Part shown: positions 9,836-19,787 of the stretch, one piece after another
How the letters are laid out: each line of letters opens with the position of its first letter
Position numbering within the stretch: the stretch's first letter is position 1
Assembly: GCA_027492205.1 (NCBI GenBank)
Contig: JAOZFN010000011.1
Span: 32,001-96,000, forward strand
Length of the DNA stretch: 64,000 nt
DNA from: Thermoproteota archaeon
GTDB taxonomy: Archaea; Korarchaeota; Korarchaeia; Korarchaeales; Korarchaeaceae
Direction: 5' to 3'
The notes under the pieces: generated by a model
Databases searched by the model: none
What the model was told of the DNA's origin: nothing
The model's input: the letters and a program-made list of their open reading frames with translations, nothing else
Position numbers and translations under genes: made by a program

Positions 9836-10618
9836 TCAGCCAGAGACGAGTCGGACGTCTCCAGCGTCCTGCGGGTACCACCTGAGGCGTGCCCCGTACA
9901 GGGGATCGGGCCCGAGGGCCTCCATGACCCCGGTCACCGCCTCTTTGACGGTGTTCCCATCGGCGAGGAGCCTGACCAGCATGACCACGGCCCTGTCCGT
10001 GTGAGTTGCAGTGACGTCCTCATCCCACCCTATGACCACGGACGCGCCCCTCCTCACCAAGGCCTCCGCGGTCACGTTGGTCACGAGCCCCTTGCATCCG
10101 GCGATGATTATCACGGCCCCGTGAAAGTTCCCCTCCATCTCCGATGAGATGAACTCAGGCGGTATCGCGAAGTACCTGTCCTCTGACTTGAGGAGCACCA
10201 GGGCGCCGACCTTCTTGGAGAGCTGCAGGTCCACGTACCTTTGGGGGGCGAAGGGCTCGCCGGTCCCCAGCGCCACGTGAACGGGCCTACCGTCTTTGTA
10301 GAAGGCCGCCGTGTGGACTCGGAGTATTAGCAGCCGGTAACTAAGCATGGGGAGCGTGCGATACAGCTCTACGGAGACATTCCAGTGCGTGAAGACGTCC
10401 AGGGTCATGTTTACCCTGCTCAGCGCCTCTCTCAGGTCCTCAGCCAGGCGAGGGTTTGGAAACTCTATGGCCAGCGAATCAAGGAGCGCGGCATCTCCCG
10501 CGACCCGGGTGGGGGGCTGCCTGGGCGACCTCAGCAATATTGCCGGAGTCGCAAGGGCCACCACGACCACGGCCAACATGAGCGGCAGTCGTCTGAGGCT
10601 CATCGGGGGGCGGCCCAA
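9836..10618 (-). CDS. Hypothetical membrane-anchored protein (possible caspase/gingipain-like fold)
   Basis: N-terminal TM; LRVH ... IIAGC ... GASVVIGW spacing is reminiscent of a His/Cys dyad. Confidence 0.55.
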   Translation of the reverse strand: MGRPPMSLRRLPLMLAVVVVALATPAILLRSPRQPPTRVAGDAALLDSLAIEFPNPRLAEDLREALSRVNMTLDVFTHWNVSVELYRTLPMLSYRLLILRVHTAAFYKDGRPVHVALGTGEPFAPQRYVDLQLSKKVGALVLLKSEDRYFAIPPEFISSEMEGNFHGAVIIIAGCKGLVTNVTAEALVRRGASVVIGWDEDVTATHTDRAVVMLVRLLADGNTVKEAVTGVMEALGPDPLYGARLRWYPQDAGDVRLVSG

Positions 10619-10654
10619 CCAGCGGCATTCAAAAAAGGTGGGGGAGGGGCCCGG

Positions 10655-13600
10655 TCAGCGCCTCCTCCTGTGGTAGACCACCAGGGCCGCCGAGGCCGCC
10701 GAGACGAATGCGGCTACCGCGGCCGCGGCGGCGAGGCTGGAGGGCTGATAGATCCCGCCCACTGCGGAGACGTCCAGGGTCCCAATGGACCCGGAGCCGA
10801 ATATGACCAGGCTGAACGAGGGGTCCTCGCTCGGGGTGTTGATGGCGTATATCCTTATCTGGTACCGACCAACCTCGGGGGAGTCTATTATCACCCTCTC
10901 GACGTTGTTCACCCTGTCGACCTCGTCGTCGTAGGGTGGAACGAGGTCGTTTCCGTGGTATATCGTGCCGTCAGGGGCGACGACGTAGAGGTCGAAGTCG
11001 TTGACCAGCGCGGGGACGCCGGGGACCCACTGGGGCGCGTCGCTCCAGGCCAGGGTCACCTCCAGCGGGGTGCTGGGATCAGTCACCTCGAACGATAGGT
11101 AGGCCACGTACCCGGTAGAGATACTGACGCACTCGTCGCAGAGGTAAAGGAGCCCGGGGTGGGTCAGGATGTCGTAGAAGTCAAGCTGGCCGAACCCCAT
11201 GTCGTAGAGGTCGGGGTTGCCGTTTCCGTCAGAGTCGGCGGTCGGGTCGAGGCCCATCCAGTCGGCGAAGTTCACTATGAGGGCCTTGACCGCAGACGGG
11301 GAGATCGTGCCGGCGAAGCTGAACAGGTCCTGCCAGAGGGCAGCGGCCCCCGCCACCTGCGGGGTGGCCATGCTGGTGCCGGCGGCCCACGCGTGCAGAG
11401 CCTGCACGGGGTCGGGGGTCAGCCGGCCGTACATGAACATGCCGGTGATCGGCCCGACCACATAGTAGCCTGGGGCCACGACATCCGGCTTTATCCTGCC
11501 GTCCGCGGTCGGACCCCTGCTGCTGAAGTCGGCGAACTGGTAGGGGGCGAAGAACGGCGGGTTGGTCGTGGCGCCGACTTGGATCACGTTCTTTGCTATC
11601 CCGGGACCGTCGAGGCTAACGGTGGGATCCGGCCCGGCGTTGCCGGCGGCGAAGACGCAGGTTATCGGCGGCTCCGGGGTGCCGTCCCCGTCCCAGTCCT
11701 CGCCTCCCTTGACGAAGAGGTCCCAGTACGCCTCATAGAGGCTGTACTCTCCCTCGGACGGATAGCCCCAGGAGTTGGAGGTGATTATGGAGCCAGTCGC
11801 CCTGTGGGCGATGGCGTAGGCCGCCCACTCGTCTATGTAGTTGTAGTTCACGTCCCAGGCGTACGGGTAGCCCGTGTCCCCGAAGAACCTGACCATCGCC
11901 AGGTCGGCCCCGGGCGCCACTCCGGGTATGGGGGGCCAGTAGTACATGGCGCCGGCCCCGCCGTACTTGCCCCACATGCTGGTCCCGAGCCCCAGGGCCG
12001 ACTCGGAGACGTGGGTGCCGTGGAACCAGAAGTCCTCGGCTGAGCCGTCTCCGGTGTACTCCCACCACTCGGTGGCGTCTATCAGCGCCCTTACCTTCCC
12101 CACGAAGTCGGGCCAGATCTCAGTGTCCTCGTCCACCAGCCCGTCCCCGTCGTTGTCTATCCCCGCCGGGTCCTCGTCCACCAGCCCGTCCCCGTCGTTG
12201 TCTATGCCGTCGACCGGATCCTCGTCAAACGAACCGTCGTTGTCATCGTCACCCGTGAAGAACGGGAGCCCCGTTCCGAAGTAGTCGTGCCACGGGATCG
12301 GATCCTCGTCCACCAGCCCGTCCCCGTCGTCGTCCTCCCCGGGGGCCGGGTCCTCGTCGAAGTACCCATCACCGTCGTTGTCGCACCCCGGGACGTCCTC
12401 GTCCACCAGCCCGTCCCCGTCGTCGTCTATCCCGTTGGGGAGCTCCTCGTCGTATAGCCCGTCCCCGTCGTCGTCGTCCATGTACCAGAACCCGTCTCCG
12501 TCCAGGTCAAGGAGGCCGCACGCCGCGTCGTCGGACATGCCGTCCTCGTCCACCAGCGTGTCCCCGTCGTTGTCCCCGTAGTTCGGCGGATCCTCGTTGA
12601 GCCTCCCGTCCATGTCGTCGTCATACGGGTCCTCGTTGATCAGCCCGTCCCCGTCGTTGTCTATGCCGGCTGGGTCCTCGTTGATCAGCCCGTCCCCGTC
12701 GTTGTCGGCGCACGGAGGGGCGGTCTCCACGGGGTCCTCGTCAATGAGCCCATCCCAGTCGTTGTCTATGCCGGCTGGGTCCTCGTCCACGTAGCCGTCC
12801 CCGTCGTTGTCGGCGCCGTCGATCGGGTCCTCGTCGACCAGCCCGTCCCCGTCCTCGTCCAGCCCGGCGACGGGGTCCTCGTCCACGTAGCCGTCCCAGT
12901 CGTCGTCAAGCCCGTTCACCGGGTCCTCGTCAACCAGCCCGTCCCCGTCGTCGTCGGGATCGTCCTCGTTTATGAGGTAGTCCCCGTCGTTGTTGATCCA
13001 GCAGCCCGGCTCCACCGGGTCCTCGTCAACCAGCCCGTCCCCGTCGTCGTCCACACCGGCTGTGTCACCGGTGTCGAGGCCCGTGTCCCCCACCGCTACG
13101 GTTACGCCTGCCCCGGTGATCCCCCACAGTAGATTGATCCAGTAGGAGCCCGTGACCTGCCCGGCCCAGTAGTTCTCGGGCTGAGCGTTGGCCGGCGGGG
13201 CCGCCTCGCCCTGTATCTGGACCGGGGCGACCGGAGCCTTCGGCTCCACGAGGTCCATCGACAGGACGTAGGCGCTGGAGGCGAGGTCGCCCGCCCTGTC
13301 CGCAGGGAGGACCACGAATGCGCCGTTCATTGGCAGCTCCCTGACCACCCTGCCGCCGAGGGACTCCACGGCCCTCCTGAGATCCTCCGGGGAGTCTGCG
13401 GCGAACCCCTTGACCAGCATCATCACCGGCCCCGTGGAGGCGGATAACCGCTGGGCGGTCCTCTGGGTCATCTTGTACTCGGGCCTGAACGGGCCGATCC
13501 GCCTCACGTGCTCCACGCTCAGGAGTTCGCTGACGAGGTCGCTGGGGACGGTTATGAGGAGGGCGTTGTCGGGTATGTAGGTCTCTACCACCGCGCCCAT

Positions 13601-13918
13601 TGACTCCAGCTGCTGAGTCCACTCCGGCATGATGGGCCCGTCGAACTGCACTATCACCCTGGCCCTGTCCCCTGGGTACAGCGCCCTTATCCCTTCGATG
13701 TCAGGCTCTCCCGGGGAGAGGGTGCCGCTCGGCAGCTTGAGGACTGCCTCGGGCTGGGGTCCCGCCCAACCGCCAAACTGGATTTCAAAGTCCTTTGGAT
13801 GAATTAGCTGGACCTGTGGACTTCCTGTGAACTTTGGGGCCGCTGCAACAGGTATTCTGAGGACTGTTAGGAAGACGACGAGTATCCCGAACAGCAGGGT
13901 TCTGTGGATCCTCTTCAA
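10655..13918 (-). CDS. S8 subtilisin-like serine protease (Kp43-like) with Asp-rich repeat insertion and C-terminal anchor
   Basis: Signal peptide and propeptide; catalytic GDTG, HGTHV, AAGN, FSSRGP..DGRIKPD, GTSMATP; C-terminal LAWSD...NNVE domain; VGG-TM-RRRR tail. Confidence 0.93.
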   Translation of the reverse strand: MKRIHRTLLFGILVVFLTVLRIPVAAAPKFTGSPQVQLIHPKDFEIQFGGWAGPQPEAVLKLPSGTLSPGEPDIEGIRALYPGDRARVIVQFDGPIMPEWTQQLESMGAVVETYIPDNALLITVPSDLVSELLSVEHVRRIGPFRPEYKMTQRTAQRLSASTGPVMMLVKGFAADSPEDLRRAVESLGGRVVRELPMNGAFVVLPADRAGDLASSAYVLSMDLVEPKAPVAPVQIQGEAAPPANAQPENYWAGQVTGSYWINLLWGITGAGVTVAVGDTGLDTGDTAGVDDDGDGLVDEDPVEPGCWINNDGDYLINEDDPDDDGDGLVDEDPVNGLDDDWDGYVDEDPVAGLDEDGDGLVDEDPIDGADNDGDGYVDEDPAGIDNDWDGLIDEDPVETAPPCADNDGDGLINEDPAGIDNDGDGLINEDPYDDDMDGRLNEDPPNYGDNDGDTLVDEDGMSDDAACGLLDLDGDGFWYMDDDDGDGLYDEELPNGIDDDGDGLVDEDVPGCDNDGDGYFDEDPAPGEDDDGDGLVDEDPIPWHDYFGTGLPFFTGDDDNDGSFDEDPVDGIDNDGDGLVDEDPAGIDNDGDGLVDEDTEIWPDFVGKVRALIDATEWWEYTGDGSAEDFWFHGTHVSESALGLGTSMWGKYGGAGAMYYWPPIPGVAPGADLAMVRFFGDTGYPYAWDVNYNYIDEWAAYAIAHRATGSIITSNSWGYPSEGEYSLYEAYWDLFVKGGEDWDGDGTPEPPITCVFAAGNAGPDPTVSLDGPGIAKNVIQVGATTNPPFFAPYQFADFSSRGPTADGRIKPDVVAPGYYVVGPITGMFMYGRLTPDPVQALHAWAAGTSMATPQVAGAAALWQDLFSFAGTISPSAVKALIVNFADWMGLDPTADSDGNGNPDLYDMGFGQLDFYDILTHPGLLYLCDECVSISTGYVAYLSFEVTDPSTPLEVTLAWSDAPQWVPGVPALVNDFDLYVVAPDGTIYHGNDLVPPYDDEVDRVNNVERVIIDSPEVGRYQIRIYAINTPSEDPSFSLVIFGSGSIGTLDVSAVGGIYQPSSLAAAAAVAAFVSAASAALVVYHRRRR
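12126..13055 (-). repeat. About 18 tandem D-[ND]-D-G-D-G-[LY]-[VI]-[DN]-E-D-P repeats inside the S8 catalytic domain
   Basis: Recurrent + strand unit gtcctcgtccaccagcccgtccccgtcgttgtc; visible directly in the translation. Confidence 0.95.
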
Positions 13919-13976
13919 AACTTTTCACCCGCTGGGCCGAGCCAGCCGGCGTACAATAAAAGTAATTCCGAGCGCA

Positions 13977-14020
13977 GTGTGGATACGTGACCCCCGCCGT
14001 GTGGATACGTGACCCCCGCC
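13977..14020. repeat. Exact 22-bp tandem duplication GTGTGGATACGTGACCCCCGCC x2
   Basis: Copies at 13977-13998 and 13999-14020, upstream of the S8 gene promoter. Confidence 0.9.
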
Positions 14021-14149
14021 CCGTCCACCCCCGCCCCACCCACCCTAAGTACCCCCAGGTGGGGGCCCGGCGCGGAGGCGGCGAAGGGCCGCAGTGGTTC
14101 ACATGGCCACCGCCGCAGCCCTCGGTTGCCGATTCGCCGGTCGGAGGAA

Positions 14150-15778
14150 TCACCTCCTCCTCGAGATCATGGCCCCAAGGGCGGTCCCCAGGGCCGCCGA
14201 GGCGGCGGCGACGGCCAGGGTGAGGGTGTAGGACGGGCCGCCGACCTCCTGCCTCGCCGATCGTGGAGGGGGCTGGGAGGAAGCTTCCTCGGGTGGGTGT
14301 GACAGCGCGGCGTTTGCGGCTGCTATCAGCCGGGAGGCTGACCTGAGCAGGTTAACCTTCTCGGCGGGGGAGTTCGCCTCCTCGTATGCGCGCAGGAGGG
14401 CCCAGATGGCCTCAGACAGCGCCGTGGCGCTTGGGTCTCCCAGAGATCCCAATCTATTGGCCTCGTTCACGATCCACTGGGCAGAGCGGGACATGGCCAG
14501 CTCTGCGAGTTCGTTGGCTCCTTTAACGACCGACTCAAGCAGTTCCTGGGCGCCGGTGCAGTTTCCCGACCGGGCCGCTTGGTCCGCCCGCCCGAGCAGA
14601 CTCTCCAGCCTCGAGAGGTCGTCGAGTCCCTCGCCCGCCCCGGTCAGGTTTGACGCGAGTTCTACCGATGACTTCGCCAAGGTCAGGGCCTCCCACCCCC
14701 TAGAAAGGTCGATGGCTGCGCATGCGTTCGCGCCGCCAGACTCCGCGGCAGCGGAGGCGGCAGTCAGCGTTCTAACCTCCCTCACCTCCAGACCTCGCCT
14801 CCCGGTTACGAGGACCTCCAGCTGCAGGGCCCCGGCGACGTCCTCAGGGACGCGTATTCTCAGGGAGAACTGCCTGCCCAGGCCTGGGGGGATGTCCCCC
14901 AAGTAGGCGGATCCCGCCGCCCTGCCGCCCAGCATTACCCTGACGGTGACGCCCCTCGCGGGAACCCCTCCCGCGTTCCGCACCGTCCCGTTGACCCAGA
15001 CCTCTTGACCGGGCGAGGCCTCCTGGGGGGCGACGACGTACAGATCTAGCATAGCCCTGCTCACGACGCTCACGTCCACCTCAGCTTTTGCGGATCCCTG
15101 AGAGGTGACCAGGACTAGGATAAGGTGGCGGGTCCCCTCGCCGAGCGGAGAGGAGTCGAACCTGACCCCGAGGGTCCTCTCGGAGCCAGCTGGTATGGTG
15201 ATCGCCAGTTCCACGGTGTCCAGGAGCGTCCAATCTTCCAGGTAGATTAGGACCTGCACGTTTTCAGCTGGCCGATCACCCTCATTCAGTACCCTAAGCC
15301 TGACCTCTACAGGCTCACCGAGCGCCGTCTCCCCTACGGTGGCCTCCAGAATCTTGACGTGCGAGACCCGCCCCCCTCCAGCCCACCCCCCTCCACCTCC
15401 ACCTCCGGACTGACTCCTAAGGGTCAGATTCACCTGAACCTTTCCAGTGCCCTCACCTACTTTGATGTACCTCACGGCCGACAGGTCGCCTTTCCTCGCC
15501 GTGACCCTGACGGTCTGCGATCCCTCTATCGAGAGAGTTATCTGGTAATATCCCTGGGGGTTTGTAGTGGCTGATCCGGAATCGCTGTCACACGTGGCCA
15601 AAACGCTCGCGCCGGCAGCTGGAGACCCGTCGGGCATGTGGACGTAGCCGTATATCACGACCGGAACCCCCTGCGCCCTGGCCGGGCTGACGCCCGCAGA
15701 CGAGGCCATCAGAGCTAGGCAGAGTAGGAGCGAGGCCTGAAAGAGTTTCAGAGATCTCTCTCGCCTCACCAGGTTCAT
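14150..15778 (-). CDS. Surface protein with carboxypeptidase-regulatory-like and CARDB/Ig-like domains, helical stalk and C-terminal anchor
   Basis: Start MNLVRR at 15778 overlaps the upstream stop (TGATG); signal peptide; IYGYV..PDG.PA.GA.V; two V.N.G...A..V.V CARDB-like modules; VGG-TM-RRR tail. Confidence 0.8.
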   Translation of the reverse strand: MNLVRRERSLKLFQASLLLCLALMASSAGVSPARAQGVPVVIYGYVHMPDGSPAAGASVLATCDSDSGSATTNPQGYYQITLSIEGSQTVRVTARKGDLSAVRYIKVGEGTGKVQVNLTLRSQSGGGGGGGWAGGGRVSHVKILEATVGETALGEPVEVRLRVLNEGDRPAENVQVLIYLEDWTLLDTVELAITIPAGSERTLGVRFDSSPLGEGTRHLILVLVTSQGSAKAEVDVSVVSRAMLDLYVVAPQEASPGQEVWVNGTVRNAGGVPARGVTVRVMLGGRAAGSAYLGDIPPGLGRQFSLRIRVPEDVAGALQLEVLVTGRRGLEVREVRTLTAASAAAESGGANACAAIDLSRGWEALTLAKSSVELASNLTGAGEGLDDLSRLESLLGRADQAARSGNCTGAQELLESVVKGANELAELAMSRSAQWIVNEANRLGSLGDPSATALSEAIWALLRAYEEANSPAEKVNLLRSASRLIAAANAALSHPPEEASSQPPPRSARQEVGGPSYTLTLAVAAASAALGTALGAMISRRR

Positions 15779-18700
15779 CAAGACCACCCCTCCTTGTCGA
15801 CGGGCTCCTGGCCCTCTACCCACGCCAACGTGGCCGGGGAGTCGAGGAACACGAAGTACCCGTAGCCCCTTAGGACGGGGAAGTCGTACTCGCCGGGACT
15901 CGTGCCCGGCAGGTACGAGTAGTACCTCTTGGCGGCCGGGTCCCACCTGCTGATGACGCTGCAGGCATCGCCTATTGCCATTCCCAGGTCCCTCGCAGTG
16001 AGGCCGCCCCTGGTCGGCTCGGCGACCGAAACTATGGTCCACCCCTCCTGCAGGTGGGTCACGTGCACCCTCAGTGACAGTCGGAGGTTCTTCGAGGCTC
16101 CCTTCACCAGAATCGTGAGTAGGTGCTCTCCCTCCTCGAGCGAGGAGGCGTCCACCTCGATGAACAGGTCCTCCCTCGCCTCGTCCGCGGATCCGTCGAC
16201 CACTTGGAGGGGGGTGACCGGATCTCCGTCTATGCCGTATCGGGCGCCCGAGATTCCGAGGGGGTGAACCGCCGTGAGATTGACTCTTATGGTCCCGTTC
16301 AGCACGTGAGGGTGGTCTGAGAGGACCACAGGCGCGTTTGAATCTCCTCCGAGGGTCCATAGCAGGGAGTTCCTGATCAGGATCTCCCTGTGAGTTGCGT
16401 TCAGGTAGTGGAGCGGGAAGGCGAAGTACACCACCCTCGACCCGTTTCCCCCTATACCGTCGTAGGCCACCGCCGCTGAATAAGCGGTCCCAGAGTACCT
16501 CAGGAACTCGAGTCCGCCCGGCAGGGGTGAGACTCCGTCGGGGAAGGGAGGCGCGACGTTGAAGTCGGAGGAGGATGGAAGATCGAGCGTGAGGGGGTGG
16601 TCGACGGACACCTCCAGGCTGGCTGGCCCCGCGTCATCTACCTGGTATGAGGCGTGCAAGACTTCCCTCATGAGCCCGTCCGAACCGTGGTCGTACGCTA
16701 CGTCTTCCCCCTCAACGACGAGCGAGCCCCCCCTCTTCACGTACTCGATGAGCAGGTTGGCATCGGTCTTGGAGACCGCCTCCCCGTAGTAGGTGCCCGC
16801 GTGCCAGAAGACCGCGACGGCTTCAAGAAGGGTGTCGAGCGTAGGCTCCCCGTACTCGCTCTCCCGGTAGACTACCGCGTTGAATCCCAGAGAGGCTGCG
16901 ACCTGACTTATCTCGTCCGGCCAGACCCCTCCGTCGTACATGCCAGCGCCGTCATCGTCCACAACTATCAGCACCGTGTTCGGCGGGAGCGCCGCCGCGA
17001 AGACCGAGACATCGACCCTGAACTGGTCCCTCACCAGGTAAGTGTCTCTGGATCCGCCCAGGGTGCTGTCCGTCGGGGACACCCTCAGGGAGGCCGCCAT
17101 GGGCGGCGTGGAGGTCAGTGGAATCTCGAAGTACCCGTCCGGGTCGGTGACGGTCTGCGCGACGAGGGAGTTCGCGTCGTACTCGTAGAGCGACACGGTC
17201 GCCCCCGCGACGGGGAGCCCGTTGGAGTCCATCACGCGGCCGAAGAGTTTGGGGCCTGGGGTCGGAGGCGGCGGGGAGCCGGTTGGAGTCAGCTCGATGG
17301 TCGGGTCTCCCAGCAGGGTGCCGTACTCCGCCACGGTCTTCCAGTTGTACTCGTCGGCGACGCCGAAGGTAAGGACGTAACCCCCTATGGCGGACGCGTG
17401 CGCGGCCCCCACCCAGGGTTTGGCCGATCCCACCGCCGAGATCAGTTCCTGGATGAGGAGTCTGTCCATCTTCCCGGCCAGTCCATCGTCTATCGAGAAA
17501 CCCTCGTACCCCCACGCCACCCTCGTGGCCCCGAAGTACCCCACGGCCCCGCCGGGGTTCGTCAGGAACGCCTCCCCAATGGAGTCGACATCCACGAACC
17601 TGGCGGTCATGCAGGCCATCGCCACGACTATGGCCGGCGACTCAGAGTTGTTGAGCGTGGCCGCCAGGGTGGAGGAATAGACGGTCCTGTAGCCGTACAG
17701 CGGTCCGGAGTACCACCCGCTCGGGTTGCCGTGGCCGGCGAAGTTCACGAACCCGTACCCCCTGTTGATCTCGGCCTGAACGGCCGAGGGGGAGAGGTTA
17801 CCCAGGTGGTCGTAGAGCTTGACCCAGCGGAACTGCTCGGGGAGGTCCTCGTACTCGATCACGTCGTTCAGGTACTCCCCCTCGGGGTGCAGGTCGTCGT
17901 CGAACGTCACGGTCCCGATCATGAGGAACCTGTAGAACCAGGAGGCGCCGGGTGAGTAGTTCGCAACCTTCGACACCATCGCCTGGGCTTCCGCGAGGCT
18001 ACTGGCCGGCAGCCTCCCGACAATCACGTCCGGAACCCCGTCTACCTCTCCAACCTCTCCGTACCTCCCATTTCCGTTGGGATCCCACGTCCCGTCAAGG
18101 TCCGCGTAGTATAGGTCCGTCTCCACGAAGGAACCGTCCTCGGACTCGTCGTTGTCGGCGTACCCGTCGGGTATGTAGGCGAGCCTCGCCGGGACCTGAT
18201 CCGCGTCCCCCAAGATGAGGAAGAAGGCGTATCCTTCGGCCTTCTTGTCGGCGATGAACGACCTGATCTCCTCCTGCAGGTCGCTTCCCGTGTAGTTGGC
18301 GTCGATTTCGTCCGTCGTGACGACGAGGACGCCCCAGCCCTGATCCCGCTTGGAGGCGGCCAGGTCGTTCGCCGCGGCCAGGAGGGTCGAGCTCGTAATT
18401 ATCACCAGCCTCCTGTCGTAGGTCTGAGCGGGCACCCTCTGGACCCTGTATGTGACGGTGACCATCATCTCCCTGGCGAACCTCACCTCGCCGAGGGCGG
18501 GCGAGTACCTCACCGGGAAGAGCCTCACTGCCAAGATGGCAGCGTCCCTCATCGTCTCGACGTCCAGCCCGAAGTGAAGCGAGTAGGTGAAGTTCTCCTC
18601 AGGAAGGAACTCCCTCGAGGAGTAGACGGTCGGGTCGGGCTCCGCCCTGTAATTCAGCCTCGTGTCGTTGAGCCAGGGCGGGCCCAGGGGCCTGGGTTTT

Positions 18701-19041
18701 GGACCGGGGGCTATCCTATAATTCCCCTCCAGTACCTCGTACTCCGCCGACACGTTGACTGACTCCAACTCCACACCCGGCGGCAGGGTAAGCGTCACCG
18801 TGACGAAGGGTAGGATGGGATACCCGGGCTTGACCAGCAGGTCGGCCCCGGGTATCGTGATCATATCGTACTTGCCTTCGACTGCCTTGAAGTGAACCTC
18901 TGGCGGGCTTAGAGTTACGAGGACGGACTTAGTCTCGAGCGCCGGCGCGTCTGCTGCCAATGCGGGCGCAGCCGCCGTGACCAAGATCAGCGTCAGGACA
19001 AGGGATGCCGACGGGGCGGGACCTCTAGGGGCCGCTGTCAT
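15778..19041 (-). CDS. C25 family (gingipain-like) cysteine peptidase
   Basis: Signal peptide, C25 propeptide (PGYPILP), LILGD...VP, TDLYYADLD, VGRLP, catalytic NFAGHG and MACMTARF, LLGDP. Confidence 0.9.
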   Translation of the reverse strand: MTAAPRGPAPSASLVLTLILVTAAAPALAADAPALETKSVLVTLSPPEVHFKAVEGKYDMITIPGADLLVKPGYPILPFVTVTLTLPPGVELESVNVSAEYEVLEGNYRIAPGPKPRPLGPPWLNDTRLNYRAEPDPTVYSSREFLPEENFTYSLHFGLDVETMRDAAILAVRLFPVRYSPALGEVRFAREMMVTVTYRVQRVPAQTYDRRLVIITSSTLLAAANDLAASKRDQGWGVLVVTTDEIDANYTGSDLQEEIRSFIADKKAEGYAFFLILGDADQVPARLAYIPDGYADNDESEDGSFVETDLYYADLDGTWDPNGNGRYGEVGEVDGVPDVIVGRLPASSLAEAQAMVSKVANYSPGASWFYRFLMIGTVTFDDDLHPEGEYLNDVIEYEDLPEQFRWVKLYDHLGNLSPSAVQAEINRGYGFVNFAGHGNPSGWYSGPLYGYRTVYSSTLAATLNNSESPAIVVAMACMTARFVDVDSIGEAFLTNPGGAVGYFGATRVAWGYEGFSIDDGLAGKMDRLLIQELISAVGSAKPWVGAAHASAIGGYVLTFGVADEYNWKTVAEYGTLLGDPTIELTPTGSPPPPTPGPKLFGRVMDSNGLPVAGATVSLYEYDANSLVAQTVTDPDGYFEIPLTSTPPMAASLRVSPTDSTLGGSRDTYLVRDQFRVDVSVFAAALPPNTVLIVVDDDGAGMYDGGVWPDEISQVAASLGFNAVVYRESEYGEPTLDTLLEAVAVFWHAGTYYGEAVSKTDANLLIEYVKRGGSLVVEGEDVAYDHGSDGLMREVLHASYQVDDAGPASLEVSVDHPLTLDLPSSSDFNVAPPFPDGVSPLPGGLEFLRYSGTAYSAAVAYDGIGGNGSRVVYFAFPLHYLNATHREILIRNSLLWTLGGDSNAPVVLSDHPHVLNGTIRVNLTAVHPLGISGARYGIDGDPVTPLQVVDGSADEAREDLFIEVDASSLEEGEHLLTILVKGASKNLRLSLRVHVTHLQEGWTIVSVAEPTRGGLTARDLGMAIGDACSVISRWDPAAKRYYSYLPGTSPGEYDFPVLRGYGYFVFLDSPATLAWVEGQEPVDKEGWS

Positions 19042-19171
19042 CGCAGGGGCCCTAATCTAGGTGAATAAAAAGATCTCCGGCACACCTCGCCTCAAAAATA
19101 GCCGGGGCGTCCCCTCGGGAGAAATTTAAGTCCCTCTGGTCGCCCGGGACGATTCGACGGGGTGAAGGCCA

Positions 19172-19459
19172 ATGGTCGCTCCGTCGCGGCTGACGCTGGT
19201 CGTGGCCACGCTGTCCGCCGTGCTTGGGATAGGGATGGTGACCGTCGGCTTCTACTACAGCCTCCAGATGTTCTCAAGCGCCTCGCCCGCCGGAGACCTG
19301 GAGGGGGAGCTCGCCAACCTCGTCTCGATAATAATACGGCTGGTTCCCCTGGCAGTCGGCATGACCGCCGGTGGCTACCTTCTGGACAGGGGCCTCTGGA
19401 GCCTCCTGAAGCTGAGAGAGAGGGAGGAGGGGGCCGTTGAGTCCACATACTCCCCTTAG
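19172..19459 (+). CDS. Small 2-TM membrane protein
   Basis: Two hydrophobic helices; TTTAAG promoter-like element upstream. Confidence 0.6.
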   Translation: MVAPSRLTLVVATLSAVLGIGMVTVGFYYSLQMFSSASPAGDLEGELANLVSIIIRLVPLAVGMTAGGYLLDRGLWSLLKLREREEGAVESTYSP

Positions 19460-19787
19460 GGTGGCGATCGCAGCTCTCTTCTGCCTATACCTCGTCCCGT
19501 GGACGCTGCTCGCCTACTCCCTGCACCAGGGGATGATCCAGGTGGAGCACGCTCCAGACGGCTCCCTGATACTCAGGAACTCGTCCCCGCTCAGAGTGAG
19601 GGTCGGCGTCTCGCTCTACTCGAGGCAGGCGCGGGTCGACGGGGAGGAGGTCAACCTCCCTCCCAGGTCGCAGAGGAGGGTTCCACTCGATCCAGAGAGT
19701 CTGAGGACCGCCGACAGGGTGGAGATGACCCTCTCGGCAATGGGGTTCGTGGAGGTGAAGGCCAGCTGGGCTCTGCCGGGTGGCTGA
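19437..19787 (+). CDS. Hypothetical membrane-anchored protein
   Basis: N-terminal TM then beta-rich domain; overlaps the previous gene. Confidence 0.55.
   Translation: MSPHTPLRVAIAALFCLYLVPWTLLAYSLHQGMIQVEHAPDGSLILRNSSPLRVRVGVSLYSRQARVDGEEVNLPPRSQRRVPLDPESLRTADRVEMTLSAMGFVEVKASWALPGG

Noticed and set aside
12126-13055. Regularly spaced DNA repeats resembling a CRISPR array
   Set aside because: They are degenerate, in-frame, codon-wobbled repeats inside the S8 protease ORF, with no unique spacers or leader.
15779-16360. N-terminal 194 aa of ORF 14150..16360
   Set aside because: Overlaps the C25 gene in another frame; the real start with a signal peptide is at 15778.
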